From: Candidatus Kerfeldbacteria bacterium
GTDB lineage: Bacteria; Patescibacteriota; Patescibacteriia; UBA10025; JAHIVO01
Assembly: GCA_047946875.1 (NCBI GenBank)
Contig: CP181398.1
Location: forward strand, 841,041 to 905,040
Direction: 5' to 3'
Length of the DNA stretch: 64,000 nucleotides
The position numbers and the translations under genes were made by a program. How positions within the stretch are numbered: position 1 is the first letter of the stretch; every line of letters starts with the position of its first letter. Positions 21,246 through 32,227 of the stretch are shown in pieces. Below the pieces are notes generated by a model that was not told the DNA's origin, ran no database searches, and worked only from the letters and a program-made list of their open reading frames with translations.

Positions 21246-21995
21246 CTATTCAATAAATAATAATAAAGCCATTATTCCGATACCGAATAAGAAAGAAATC
21301 ATTTGCAGAATTGATTTTTTCAAATTTTCTTCTTTTTTTAATTCAGGTATTAAATCCGCTGTAGCAATATAAATAAAGCCACCGATAGTTAGAGGAATAA
21401 TATATTCTTCTGCATTTGCAAAATGATCACCCATTAATAATACAGCAATAGCTCCCAAGATTGCCAAGGTAGCAGATAAGTAATTAAACAGCAAAGCTTT
21501 GACCTTAGAATATCCAGCATAAATCAAAATCCCAAAGTCTCCAATTTCTTGTGGTATTTCATGTAATAACACAGCGATCGTTGTAGCAATACCTAATGGA
21601 ATACTTACCATGAAACTACCAGCAATAATCATACCATCTATAAAATTATGCAATCCATCTCCAACCAAATTATTTATGGCTAGTGGATGTGGATGGTTTT
21701 CAGTTGTAGGTTCGTGGCAATGTCTCCAATGTAAATATTTTTCTAACATAAAGAACATTACAATCCCAGCTAATATTAAAAAAGGGGTTGTATATTCATA
21801 AGTAGCATTAGCAAAAGCTTCGGGTAATAAATGTATAAATGCTCCGCCCAATAAAGATCCAGCCGCAAAACTGACCAAGAATAATAAAGATTTCTTTAGT
21901 CTTTCCATGTTTGCAGACAACGTAAGAATCCCAATCAAGGATACTAAGCTAACAACGAAAACACTTAATAATGTATAAATCCAAACTTCTGTCAT
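21246..21995 (-). CDS. ZIP-family metal transporter
   Basis: HNFIDG, HEIPQEIGDF. Confidence 0.92.
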   Translation of the reverse strand: MTEVWIYTLLSVFVVSLVSLIGILTLSANMERLKKSLLFLVSFAAGSLLGGAFIHLLPEAFANATYEYTTPFLILAGIVMFFMLEKYLHWRHCHEPTTENHPHPLAINNLVGDGLHNFIDGMIIAGSFMVSIPLGIATTIAVLLHEIPQEIGDFGILIYAGYSKVKALLFNYLSATLAILGAIAVLLMGDHFANAEEYIIPLTIGGFIYIATADLIPELKKEENLKKSILQMISFLFGIGIMALLLFIE

Positions 21996-22054
21996 AGATT
22001 ATATTATATCATAAATTAAAGATACTATCTGCCATATAAACCAAATAATTTTAA

Positions 22055-22182
22055 AGATTCTGAAATAAATTCAGAATGAGGAGGGATTTAATATTAACAT
22101 TTTTCATATTCCCTCATCCTAAATTTGATTCCTCCGGCCCGCTGAAAGCGGAGCCTCGCCGAAGGCAGGACGTGCAGGATCT
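22055..22182. repeat. Inverted pair of REP-like palindromes; the right copy carries a GC-rich nested insert
   Basis: AGATTCTGAAATAAATTCAGAATGA versus TCATCCTAAATTTGATT[~44 nt]CAGGATCT. Confidence 0.6.
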
Positions 22183-22197
22183 CAAAAAAGAAGTAAA

Positions 22198-23307
22198 CTA
22201 ATTATTCTTTTTTATTTTAATATATTTAGATGCTAAAAACGTTGCCAATGGTATTGATAATACTAATCCAATGCTACCGGTTATCATCCTAACTATTTCA
22301 GTAGCAACCATCTCATTATTTATTACTTGGCTAAAAGTCAAAAATGGCGGCTGATTAATACTAAACAATATCAATAGAGGAAGAGCTGCTCCAGCATAAG
22401 CTAAAAATAATGTATTAACCATGGCACTCATATGAGTAATACCAATTTTCATTGATTTCTTATAAATATTCCTTGTAGATAATTCTGGATCTGTTTTTTT
22501 AAACTCTCTCACTAAACTAACTTGAGCAATAATAACATCATCCAAAACACCAAGCGAACCAATAATAATACCGGCCAATAATAATCCCTGCATATTAATC
22601 TCTACTCCAGATAAACTGGTAATAAATGCAGCCGCTTCATCATAACCAGTCAGATGAGTTAACGAAGTAACCCAGACTGACAGCAAACCAGTAAATATTA
22701 AAGCTATTAAAATAGAAATGACTGAAATAGTAGAAGTTTGATTGAATCCTTCCGTAATATATATAGCCAAAACTAGAATAAATAATGAACCAACGATACT
22801 AATAATCAATGGATTGCCACCATCTAATATCCTAGGAATAATAAAATACAAAATTATCACGAAAGTTAAGACCAATACAAATAAGGCACGCAAACCTTTT
22901 AATCGTCCAACCAATACTACTACCAAGGCAAAAATAAAAACTATCAAATATATTGATCCTTGGCGAACATAATCAATCACAAAAAATACATCTTTTCCAT
23001 CACTATCCTTGGTATAATCAACTATCACTTTATCACCCACTTCATACTCCACCGCTGATATTATCTCAAACTGAGTTCCATCAAATTCAAACTCTTTGTC
23101 TTCCCAATTACCATCCAGACCAATCAACTTTAACCTTTGCTGAACTATAGTAGATCCTTCTTCACTAGTAACATTTTTCTGGCCAATTACTTCCAACACC
23201 CTAGCCTTAAAAGTTTCATCTGCAGTCACAGGCTCTTCTTGAGCATTAGTAAAGAATGGTACAAATAATACCAAGGTAATAATAATAAATAATAATATTC
23301 GCTTCAT
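22198..23307 (-). CDS. YibE/F family membrane protein
   Basis: GSLGVLDDV, MVNTLFLAYAGAALP, EIVR...GSIGL. Confidence 0.9.
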   Translation of the reverse strand: MKRILLFIIITLVLFVPFFTNAQEEPVTADETFKARVLEVIGQKNVTSEEGSTIVQQRLKLIGLDGNWEDKEFEFDGTQFEIISAVEYEVGDKVIVDYTKDSDGKDVFFVIDYVRQGSIYLIVFIFALVVVLVGRLKGLRALFVLVLTFVIILYFIIPRILDGGNPLIISIVGSLFILVLAIYITEGFNQTSTISVISILIALIFTGLLSVWVTSLTHLTGYDEAAAFITSLSGVEINMQGLLLAGIIIGSLGVLDDVIIAQVSLVREFKKTDPELSTRNIYKKSMKIGITHMSAMVNTLFLAYAGAALPLLILFSINQPPFLTFSQVINNEMVATEIVRMITGSIGLVLSIPLATFLASKYIKIKKNN

Positions 23308-23403
23308 ATAATAAGTAGTAAATTATAATAAAATAATAGCAGGTTTACCATAATAATCAAATAAATACTTGCCCATAAATATAAAGCATGTTAATTTGAT
23401 AAT

Positions 23404-24273
23404 ATGCAAAACGCGCATTTTACCCCACCACAACTAGCCCCTCTTTTTGGAGTTAACGTCTCCACTATAAAGAGGTGGGCAGAAAAAGGATATTTACCCA
23501 CTCATACCACTCCGGGTGGTCATAGACGTATAAGTAAAGATCAATTATCAGAATTCATTACTAAGTACCCTAAACATGCAAAGAATTCATACGTGCTTAA
23601 AAGATTGTTGAAAAAAGATTACTGTCCTGATAATAAATGCTGGAAACAATATTACCAATATCTAAAACATAATGATAATACCAAGGCTATCCAATTACTT
23701 GAAAAACAATTCTTAAGTGGTGCTTCTATTATCAATATTTTAAAAACAATAATCACTCCCACCCTAAGGCACTTAGGACAAGAGTGGACCAAAAATAATA
23801 TTACTGTATTTGATGAGCATCGAATAAGTTTTAATATGCGAGTTCATCTGATGAGATTAGATCAATTGATTCCTGACAAAACTACAAATAAATCTCTAAA
23901 TACTATTCTTGCTTGTGCTCCAGGAGAATATCATGAACTGCCTCTCCAATTAGTAGCTCTAATCTTTAAACTTAATGGATGGTATACTCATATTTTAGGA
24001 GTTAATATTAAAATTGTGGACCTACTCAAAACCGCAAAGAAAATAAAACCAGAAGTTATAGTCATAAGCAAAACTTATACCAAAAAAACATCAGCTGCCT
24101 ATTTTAATAAGCTTGGTAGTTTTATGGATGAAAATAACATCTGCATAGCTATGGGCGGAGGTGCCTGGGAAAAAGAAACTAACAGTAAATTTGTACGTAA
24201 TCGAAAATGCGCTAAATATTTTCCTGCCTTAAAACTTTTTAGCGATTTCCTTGCTGATTATAAACGAAAATAA
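23404..24273 (+). CDS. CarH/LitR-like MerR-HTH + cobalamin-binding regulator
   Basis: STIKRW...TPGGHRR HTH; W-x9-EH (WTKNNITVFDEH); GEYHELP B12-binding motif. Confidence 0.85.
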   Translation: MQNAHFTPPQLAPLFGVNVSTIKRWAEKGYLPTHTTPGGHRRISKDQLSEFITKYPKHAKNSYVLKRLLKKDYCPDNKCWKQYYQYLKHNDNTKAIQLLEKQFLSGASIINILKTIITPTLRHLGQEWTKNNITVFDEHRISFNMRVHLMRLDQLIPDKTTNKSLNTILACAPGEYHELPLQLVALIFKLNGWYTHILGVNIKIVDLLKTAKKIKPEVIVISKTYTKKTSAAYFNKLGSFMDENNICIAMGGGAWEKETNSKFVRNRKCAKYFPALKLFSDFLADYKRK

Positions 24274-24329
24274 AAAAGAACGTCGCTCGTGCAACATCCT
24301 TATAAGATCCAAGTTGACGCAGGATGTGG

Positions 24330-24692
24330 TTAGATTTTCTTCCCATCCTGAAGTTCGTTGTCAGTACCGACATTTTGACGGGAGTGTCCATCATCCTCTT
24401 CCACTACATGGTACACCTTCATACCGACTTTGAATTGCCCTCCGATCGACGAACCAATTTTTATCCCACACTGATCACCTACTTTCACCTCGGTTACCTG
24501 TTGGTGATCGATCTCGATTGAGTCAGTGATAATAGTTGAGTCGTTCTCACCAGAGTCATCCAGCTTGAAGCAAAGCTTGGCTCCTTTTTCGAAGCCGATG
24601 CCTGTTACTTTAACACCAACACATTGAAGGTCGTAATACAACGCATCAACAGTGCCGATAAGTGTCATGTTATCACTGGACGATTTGTTCAT
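24330..24692 (-). CDS. Translation elongation factor domain-II-like beta-barrel protein
   Basis: SIEIDHQQVTEVKVGDQCGIK...GMKVY; AGGAGG SD. Confidence 0.6.
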   Translation of the reverse strand: MNKSSSDNMTLIGTVDALYYDLQCVGVKVTGIGFEKGAKLCFKLDDSGENDSTIITDSIEIDHQQVTEVKVGDQCGIKIGSSIGGQFKVGMKVYHVVEEDDGHSRQNVGTDNELQDGKKI

Positions 24693-24812
24693 GATGTCCT
24701 CCTCTTTTTTTGGAGTTCTTGATTTTTGGTTTACTTATTTTATATTTATATTATATGTAAATAACAACTAATTGTGAATAATAACATGGTCACTTGTTTT
24801 TGTCAATACTAG

Positions 24813-26570
24813 CTAATCAATATTCGTTTCCTGTGTTGCCTGTTGTTGTCTCCACATAGCGTAATACAATCCACCTTCTTTTACTAATTGCTGGTGATTC
24901 CCTTGCTCTACTATTTTACCTTTTTCTAATACATAAATAACGTCCGCATGAGCAATGGTTGATAATCTATGCGCGACCAACACCGTGATCAAATCAGGAC
25001 GACTTTTCTCTATATCTCTAATAGTTTCTGTAATTGATTTTTCAGTAATAGAGTCCAGACTACTAGTTGCCTCATCGAATATTATTAAATCAGGATTACG
25101 AAGTAAAGCTCTGGCAATAGCAAGACGTTGTTTTTCGCCGCCTGAAATTTTTATACCCCCTTCACCTATCTTCGTATTTAAACCCTTATCGCCTCTATTA
25201 AGAATTGGCATGGCTACAGCTGATTCCAAAGCATCTAAACATTCCTGATCAGTTGCTTTAGGATTCACAAATAATAAATTCTCCCTAATTGTCCCAGCAA
25301 ATAATTGCGTTTCCTGGGCAACTAAACCAATTCTTTTCCTAAAAGCTTCAAAATCTATTTTTCTAGAATTTATTTTATTATAATTTATTTCACCATCAGT
25401 AGGTATGTAAAGTCCAGCCAATAATTTCATCATGGTGGTTTTACCTGATCCCGACGGGCCCACAAAAGCTACTGTTTTACCTGAGTTAATTGTAATGTCT
25501 ACATTTTTTAATGCATCATCATTTGTTCCATTATACTGAAAATTGACATTACTAAATTGTATCTCTTCTAATTTACCAACTGTTTCAGGATTATCAGGCT
25601 TAACATCTGGTTTAACATCTAACACTTCTTGTAGTAGCTTACTACTAGCCTTAGCCTCCTGATACTGAGTTGCAACATTACCTAATTCCGCTAAGGGAGA
25701 AAAAATAAAAAATGAATAAATATACAAACTTAAAAATTCACCTAGACTTACATTTCCTTGAAATATCAACCAAAGCATCAGCAGTAACAAAAGCGATCTC
25801 AATGCATTAATAGCTGTGCCTTGTGTAAAGCTTAATTTTCTAACAAGTACAACTTTTTTTAATTCTAACTTTAAAATTTTATCATTAGTAAGATTCAATC
25901 TTTCAATCTCCTGTTGTTCTAAACCTAAACTTTTAACCAATTCTACATTACGTAAAGTTTCTGTAGTGGCTCCAGCCATCGCTGCTGATTCTTTAACGAT
26001 TTGCTCTTGTGCATTCTTGATCCTTTTGCTCAGAATATAAGTTATCGTACCTAAAATAGGTATGATCAAAAAATAAGCCAAACCTATTATCCAGTGTACG
26101 ATAGATGCATAAATAATAACAAACGTTATCCCAATTAAAGATAGAATCAAAATATTAATAATACTTTTAACCAAGGCTTGAGCATCGGTTCTTGCCTTTT
26201 CTAATTTCTGTAATAATTCTCCCGAACGTTGATCTTCAAATGCTGCAAAAGGTAGGGAGAAAGAATGTCTAATACTATCAGCGTACATTTTTGCACCAAG
26301 TTTTTCTGTAATTACATTTACATAATAATCTTGGAAATTCTTGGCTATCCTCGATACCAAAGCTACTCCCACCGAAGCCAATAAAAGTAAAACGACTCCC
26401 GTCAAAAATTCGTTTTTTGATAGCTCTTCATATTTACTAGCAAAATTATCCACGATCATTCTAAATATCTGTGGATCCATTAAAGAGAAAACCTGATTGA
26501 TAGTAGCTAATACTATCGCACCAAATAATGTCTTTCTATATTGTTTTAAATATTTCCAAATTAACTTCAT
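24813..26570 (-). CDS. ABC exporter, fused permease/ATPase
   Basis: 6 TMs, GPSGSGKT, ISGGEKQR, DEATSSLD. Confidence 0.95.
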   Translation of the reverse strand: MKLIWKYLKQYRKTLFGAIVLATINQVFSLMDPQIFRMIVDNFASKYEELSKNEFLTGVVLLLLASVGVALVSRIAKNFQDYYVNVITEKLGAKMYADSIRHSFSLPFAAFEDQRSGELLQKLEKARTDAQALVKSIINILILSLIGITFVIIYASIVHWIIGLAYFLIIPILGTITYILSKRIKNAQEQIVKESAAMAGATTETLRNVELVKSLGLEQQEIERLNLTNDKILKLELKKVVLVRKLSFTQGTAINALRSLLLLLMLWLIFQGNVSLGEFLSLYIYSFFIFSPLAELGNVATQYQEAKASSKLLQEVLDVKPDVKPDNPETVGKLEEIQFSNVNFQYNGTNDDALKNVDITINSGKTVAFVGPSGSGKTTMMKLLAGLYIPTDGEINYNKINSRKIDFEAFRKRIGLVAQETQLFAGTIRENLLFVNPKATDQECLDALESAVAMPILNRGDKGLNTKIGEGGIKISGGEKQRLAIARALLRNPDLIIFDEATSSLDSITEKSITETIRDIEKSRPDLITVLVAHRLSTIAHADVIYVLEKGKIVEQGNHQQLVKEGGLYYAMWRQQQATQETNID

Positions 26571-26643
26571 AATCTCAGCTTGAATAATAAAAAGTATAGC
26601 TAATTTTTACTTAGCAAGTCAAACCGTGCCATTGATAGCTTGT

Positions 26644-28431
26644 CTATAAATCTTCTGGCTCAATAATTCTTACTTGAGGGCCTGCATTGGACCTCGGTAC
26701 TACAATAATTTCTTCTATTCCATCATTATCAACATCCGCACCGCCAACCTGTACTCCTCCTAGATAACTAGAGACAAAAGCATAAAAACTATTAGTTTCT
26801 ACTTCTTGGATGTTATATACCTTTACTAACGGAGTTGCATCTTCTCCAACTCCGACCAATAATTCTTTAATTCCATCGCCATCCAAATCCAGACCACCCA
26901 CATCAACTCCTCCACGATATTCACTACTAAACGCATAGAATCCAGGTGATAAGCGATGAATATTATTCTGTCTTATTTGAAATATTTGAATATGTGGTGC
27001 ACCAAATTGAGGACCAGTAACTATTTCTTCTTTACCATCCCCGTCCATATCTATTGTACTAACATTAATACCCCCTCGAAAATTCTGATCATAGGCCATG
27101 AAATTAGCTAATATTCTGCCATTCAAATCATAAACTAATACATGTGGTCCACCACCAGCCATAGCCGATACGACAATCTCACTAATTCCATCGCCATGTA
27201 TATCGCCACATGATAGATTTACTCCTCCAGTGAATTTACCATCTAATACATAGAATCCTTCATTTATTATATTTCCATATCCATCAAATATCTTTACCAA
27301 CGGCCAACCCCCTTTACCTTGGGCGGTTATTATTTCTTCATAACCATCTCCATTTACATCACAAGCTGAAATAGATACCCCATTTCTTAGAGTGCTGTCG
27401 TAAGCAAAAAACTGCGCCATAACATTACCATCACCGTCAAAAACTCGGATCTGTGGGGAGCTACCAGAATCCGTACCAATTATTACTTCTTCATTATCAG
27501 TGCCAATAACATTGCCACCAGACAATTTAAATCCCCCAACCAAACCTGGGTCATAAGCAAAAAATGATTGAGCATCTACAACTGGATCTTGGTATTCCTC
27601 AGTATCAATAAATACTATAGTATTGGGCAAAGTACGACCTGGACCCACCTTAAATAATCCATCAAAATATAATGCTGAAGAACCACCACCATCTAAATTC
27701 ATAGCGTATTCCAATTCCATTGCCTGCATAATATAGCCTAGATCTAATACTGTAGCTCCCGAAGCAACGACCAAATATGCATTGTTGCCCAAGAATCCAA
27801 TCCCCGACCTATTTGATTTTACTGTTCTTTGTTTGTTATCCAACTGATCGTCACTAACAATAAATTCACCTGCAAATATAAGGCCTGGCCCATTAGAAAT
27901 TGCAGCTTGTAAAGTTACATTCTCCCTACTTTCAAATTCCTCACGTCCTGGCCAATCAACTCCTGTACGAAAATAGTGTACATTGTTATTGGTATCGAAA
28001 GCTATCACTGGCCCTTGATTGAATTGATTCTGATATGAATTAGCAAAATTACCAGTGACCGTATCAAACCACATCCAATAAAAAGACCCTTCTATTCCAG
28101 CACAAGACATATAATCTGCTGGACAAAAATAACTACCATTAATGGCAGCAAAAGCATTGTGATCATTTATATACGTTTGTACTGACTGAGTTGGTCCCGG
28201 TACATTTAACCTTTCACCAGATACAGGTGTTAAAGATTTTATACTTAGGCTGGGATTAGAAAGATTTATTTCTATTTGATTGATAGCAAAAGAACCTACC
28301 GATGTATCAATAGTTCTAGCTGTCCACGATGAATCTACCCCAACCAATGCATCTACTGGTAAAGCTAAAAGCATGAAACCAGTTATAAGTATTAATAATT
28401 GTAGTTTATTTTTTTTGTTTATGTATTCCAT
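26644..28431 (-). CDS. Secreted phosphodiester glycosidase (NAGPA-like) + FG-GAP repeat protein
   Basis: AINGSYF, AMNLDGGGSS; DxxGDGxxEI repeats; start moved to MEYINKK to give a signal peptide. Confidence 0.85.
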   Translation of the reverse strand: MEYINKKNKLQLLILITGFMLLALPVDALVGVDSSWTARTIDTSVGSFAINQIEINLSNPSLSIKSLTPVSGERLNVPGPTQSVQTYINDHNAFAAINGSYFCPADYMSCAGIEGSFYWMWFDTVTGNFANSYQNQFNQGPVIAFDTNNNVHYFRTGVDWPGREEFESRENVTLQAAISNGPGLIFAGEFIVSDDQLDNKQRTVKSNRSGIGFLGNNAYLVVASGATVLDLGYIMQAMELEYAMNLDGGGSSALYFDGLFKVGPGRTLPNTIVFIDTEEYQDPVVDAQSFFAYDPGLVGGFKLSGGNVIGTDNEEVIIGTDSGSSPQIRVFDGDGNVMAQFFAYDSTLRNGVSISACDVNGDGYEEIITAQGKGGWPLVKIFDGYGNIINEGFYVLDGKFTGGVNLSCGDIHGDGISEIVVSAMAGGGPHVLVYDLNGRILANFMAYDQNFRGGINVSTIDMDGDGKEEIVTGPQFGAPHIQIFQIRQNNIHRLSPGFYAFSSEYRGGVDVGGLDLDGDGIKELLVGVGEDATPLVKVYNIQEVETNSFYAFVSSYLGGVQVGGADVDNDGIEEIIVVPRSNAGPQVRIIEPEDL

Positions 28432-29206
28432 AAAAAAATATTGCCGCAGCACTGGCGACGTTAAGCGATTCAATATCGCCATCCATACCGATAGTAACAA
28501 TCTCATTAGATAAATCTACAATCTCTTTATCTACCCCATGAGATTCATTTCCTAATACCAAACAAAATTTTTCTTCTTGTTTCAAAATATCGATTGATTC
28601 TCCCTCAATCATTCCAGTCGAATATATTTTCATTATTGATTTAATATCATTCAGAACCTTGAGATTATTATCAAAAGAAAAATTAACTTTAAGTATTGAG
28701 TCCTTTGCCGCCTGAATAGTTTTGTAATTATATAAATCTACACACTTTTCATCGAGTACAAAATTCTTTATTCCAAAAGCTAAGCCAGATCTCAAAATCG
28801 TACCCAAGTTACCTGGATCACTAATATTATTTAGATAAATAATATTATCATTCTGATCAAGTAAGTTAGTTTGCTTATCATAGATAGCACAAATACCAGG
28901 CGGAGTATCTAAATTCGAAAAAGAATTATTAATTTTTTGATTAATTATGTAATACTCATTTATATCTGCTGTGTTTAATATTTTCTCAACCCACTCTTCA
29001 TTCTTATTCAAAAAATCTTCTGTTATAAATAAATCTTTAAACTTTATCCCAGCTTCTTCTGCATCATTAATAATAACCATATTTTCAATAAAAAACTGGC
29101 TAGTTTCATTACGAAATTTCTTTTTATTCAATTTACGTAATAATTTTATTTTATTATTATCAGCTGACTCAATTACAATTTCATTCATACTATTATCATT
29201 ATACAA
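28406..29206 (-). CDS. TrmH/SpoU-family RNA methyltransferase
   Basis: DPGNLGTILRS, LGNESHG, ESLNVA. Confidence 0.92.
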   Translation of the reverse strand: MYNDNSMNEIVIESADNNKIKLLRKLNKKKFRNETSQFFIENMVIINDAEEAGIKFKDLFITEDFLNKNEEWVEKILNTADINEYYIINQKINNSFSNLDTPPGICAIYDKQTNLLDQNDNIIYLNNISDPGNLGTILRSGLAFGIKNFVLDEKCVDLYNYKTIQAAKDSILKVNFSFDNNLKVLNDIKSIMKIYSTGMIEGESIDILKQEEKFCLVLGNESHGVDKEIVDLSNEIVTIGMDGDIESLNVASAAAIFFYGIHKQKK

Positions 29207-29272
29207 TATTAATCAATTTTTTACGAAAAAAAACCACAACATAATATCATAGTTAGTCTAGACAAACCAATA

Positions 29273-30502
29273 TCAACCAATCATTACTAATTCCGGCTTT
29301 ATCATTAACAATATACCAATAATAAATATTATTACTCCTCCAATCAAAGTAGCATAACGACTATATTTACCTGTCGTACCCACTGCTTTCAATGTAATCA
29401 TAGCAATAGCAAAAATTATCATATCATCAAGCATAAATATAAATATGTAAAGCAAGAGATATCCATAATATTGCAAGCCAGTTAAATCATTCAAGGCAAT
29501 TACTTGAGTAAAAATAGCCGGTAACCCCGCGGAACATGCCAACTCAATTAAATTAACCACAAAAGCTAAACCTATAATTCCCGCCAAGGCCAACCAAATA
29601 CCACGTTCATGTACAATTTGTCTTAGCTTATCCGTAATTTTTCTTTTTTGTTCAGGATTAGTAACTTCACATTCACCAGGTCTAGATTTCCAAAAACGAC
29701 GCAAATAAAATACTCCAACTCCGGCCGCGAATATTCCAACCAATACTTGCACCCACCTGACAATACCAATGAATTTAAAAAAATTAAACCAAGCGGCTAA
29801 AAAAATAAAATAAACAAATGCCGAAGCAGCAATAAAACTTAATCCAAGAATCCACATTCGCCGACGATCTTTCATTCCAAGCAACATTGATATCAATATA
29901 AGTAAAACCCACATTGCGCATGGATTAAAACCATCAACAGCCGCCAAAACAACTGTTAATCCTAATAAAGAATATTGACCAATGTCAACAGATCCTAATA
30001 TAGGGATATGGATAATATTACTTTCAATTAATTCTACTTGAGTTTCTGATTCTTCTGCAACTTTTTCAAATTCTATCTCTCCGCTGATAATTTTTTTACC
30101 AACATCTTCACAATCATTAACTAAGCAATGATTAATTAGATTTCTCATTTCCTGACCAGAAATTTCATCAGTGCTCCAACCTACAAAAAATTGTTCTCCA
30201 ATAAACGTAGCCGGTATACCTGTTAATTGATAACCAGTTATAGAATTAAATTTACCAAATAATTCTGATTCTTCTGTTACTTCATATTGGTTAAACACTA
30301 CATTATCATATTCAAATTCAATTTCAATTTCGGATATAAATTGACTTTCTGCCCTGCAATGTGGACAAGATTCACTATAAAAAAAATAAATATTAACTGG
30401 ATTAGTAGTTACTTCTTGAGTTTGAGCCTGACTTATTGCCGGCAAAACAAAAAAAATACTTACTAAGATTGGTACAAAAATTTTCTTAACGGTAATATTC
30501 AT
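29273..30502 (-). CDS. Glutaredoxin-like domain + DsbD-like membrane domain protein
   Basis: SCPHC; DGFNPCAMW; ELACSAG. Confidence 0.85.
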   Translation of the reverse strand: MNITVKKIFVPILVSIFFVLPAISQAQTQEVTTNPVNIYFFYSESCPHCRAESQFISEIEIEFEYDNVVFNQYEVTEESELFGKFNSITGYQLTGIPATFIGEQFFVGWSTDEISGQEMRNLINHCLVNDCEDVGKKIISGEIEFEKVAEESETQVELIESNIIHIPILGSVDIGQYSLLGLTVVLAAVDGFNPCAMWVLLILISMLLGMKDRRRMWILGLSFIAASAFVYFIFLAAWFNFFKFIGIVRWVQVLVGIFAAGVGVFYLRRFWKSRPGECEVTNPEQKRKITDKLRQIVHERGIWLALAGIIGLAFVVNLIELACSAGLPAIFTQVIALNDLTGLQYYGYLLLYIFIFMLDDMIIFAIAMITLKAVGTTGKYSRYATLIGGVIIFIIGILLMIKPELVMIG

Positions 30503-30566
30503 TATTTTTTCTCAATTATTATAGCTAACTTTAGCTACATATCAATTTAAATTATATCTTATATTA

Positions 30567-31082
30567 TTATAAAGGTAAAATTATAAAAGCATTATTAAAC
30601 CTATTAATATAATTAAATAAGCCTATTACTGATACAATTTCTACCATTTGTGGTTCTGATAATTTCTTTTTTAATTTATCCATTATTTTAGGCTGATCCA
30701 GATGCCCATCAGAAGTGATATCTACAACCAAAGCTAATATCTCCTTTTCCTCTTCAGGTAAATCTTTTATTTTTTTAATTTTTTTTAACAAATCATCATC
30801 AGCTCCTAATTTTTTTAGCATATTTATTGTTACACTAACACAAAACTCACATTTTAATGTTTCGGATACTACATAGGCAATTTTCCATTTTAGATAGGGA
30901 TCAATTTCACCATCTCCCATAATAGTTTTGAAAAGCTCTGTAAACTCTTTGAGAATCTCAGGACGATGAGCCATAACCTTAACCCATTCAGGAATATTCC
31001 CCGACTGTTCTTTAAAGCTCTCATAGATTTTTTTACTTATGTCGTTTGTTTGACTTTCTTCAACTTCTTTTATAATTGCCAT
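30567..31082 (-). CDS. Carboxymuconolactone decarboxylase / AhpD-like protein
   Basis: CEFC, FNYINRFN. Confidence 0.8.
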   Translation of the reverse strand: MAIIKEVEESQTNDISKKIYESFKEQSGNIPEWVKVMAHRPEILKEFTELFKTIMGDGEIDPYLKWKIAYVVSETLKCEFCVSVTINMLKKLGADDDLLKKIKKIKDLPEEEKEILALVVDITSDGHLDQPKIMDKLKKKLSEPQMVEIVSVIGLFNYINRFNNAFIILPL

Positions 31083-31093
31083 TTTATTTTATA

Positions 31094-31834
31094 TTAATTA
31101 TTTATTAACTTTACTAAAAACATAAGAACTATACCTAATATAAATATTCCGAAAGAACTCATGGATCTTTTTAAATTAGGCTCTTTTCTTATTTCTGGCA
31201 TCAGATCAGAAGCCGCTATATATATAAATCCTCCGGCCGCAAAAGGCAAAAGATAAGGAATAATACTACTAAGAAAGAAAGATATAAAATAACCAACTAC
31301 TCCTCCCAGAACAACGGTTAAAGCAACTAAATAATTGATAATTAATGCTTTTTTCTTTTTAAATCCAGCATGTATTAACACTCCAAAATCTCCAATCTCT
31401 TGAGGAACTTCATGTAAAGCTATAGCCAAAGTAGTTGCTATTCCTAATTTTACATCAATCAAAAAAGCGCTTGCTATAACCAGCCCATCAATAAAATTAT
31501 GGACTGCATCACCAAATAAATTCATATACCCAAAAGTATGAATTTTACAATTTTCTTTATGACAATGACGCCAAAATAATAATTTTTCCATCAAAAAAAA
31601 GAAAAGAAAAGCAACTAATACTATTAAAAACATTTTTTCAGGATCAATCTTTTTTGATGCTTCTGGCAATAAATGGATAAAAGCTCCACCCATCAAAGCG
31701 CCGGCCGAAAGTGATACTAAGAATATTGTAATTTTAGATAGAAATTCTTTTTTAAAATATAAAAATAATACAGCAAACCAGACTGATAAACTAATTAGAA
31801 AGGTAGCTATTAAAATATTTATTAAAACACTCAT
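31094..31834 (-). CDS. ZIP-family metal transporter
   Basis: HNFIDG, HEVPQEIGDF. Confidence 0.92.
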   Translation of the reverse strand: MSVLINILIATFLISLSVWFAVLFLYFKKEFLSKITIFLVSLSAGALMGGAFIHLLPEASKKIDPEKMFLIVLVAFLFFFLMEKLLFWRHCHKENCKIHTFGYMNLFGDAVHNFIDGLVIASAFLIDVKLGIATTLAIALHEVPQEIGDFGVLIHAGFKKKKALIINYLVALTVVLGGVVGYFISFFLSSIIPYLLPFAAGGFIYIAASDLMPEIRKEPNLKRSMSSFGIFILGIVLMFLVKLINN

Positions 31835-31843
31835 TTTTTTTAT

Positions 31844-32119
31844 TTATTTTTCAATCAAAATTGCTTTACCACTAATTAAAGCATAACCAACTTTATAGTT
31901 AGCTGAAATTAAGATTCTTTGAAATGTACTTTGAGAAGTATTCATCTCTTTGGCGCATTTCACTTGTTCTAATCCTTTAACATTTTTCAAACGTAAAGAC
32001 TCAGCCTCTTCTTTGCTTAATTCGATAATTTCTAACTCACGCATCGGTACACCACTTGGCTTGAAGTATGTTATTTTTGGATTATGTTGTATTCTACGAC
32101 ACAATCGTGGTCTTGGCAT
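31844..32119 (-). CDS. DUF134 HTH DNA-binding protein
   Basis: MPRP...YFKPSG...EAESLRL...SQSTFQR. Confidence 0.9.
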   Translation of the reverse strand: MPRPRLCRRIQHNPKITYFKPSGVPMRELEIIELSKEEAESLRLKNVKGLEQVKCAKEMNTSQSTFQRILISANYKVGYALISGKAILIEK

Positions 32120-32227
32120 AAGATAATATAATTTAATAATTATTCAAAATAGAGTTAAATTATTTTTGTAACTCCATTTTGAATTACTATGAAGAGTCTA
32201 AAGTTGTTTGGCAACATTTAAAATTTA

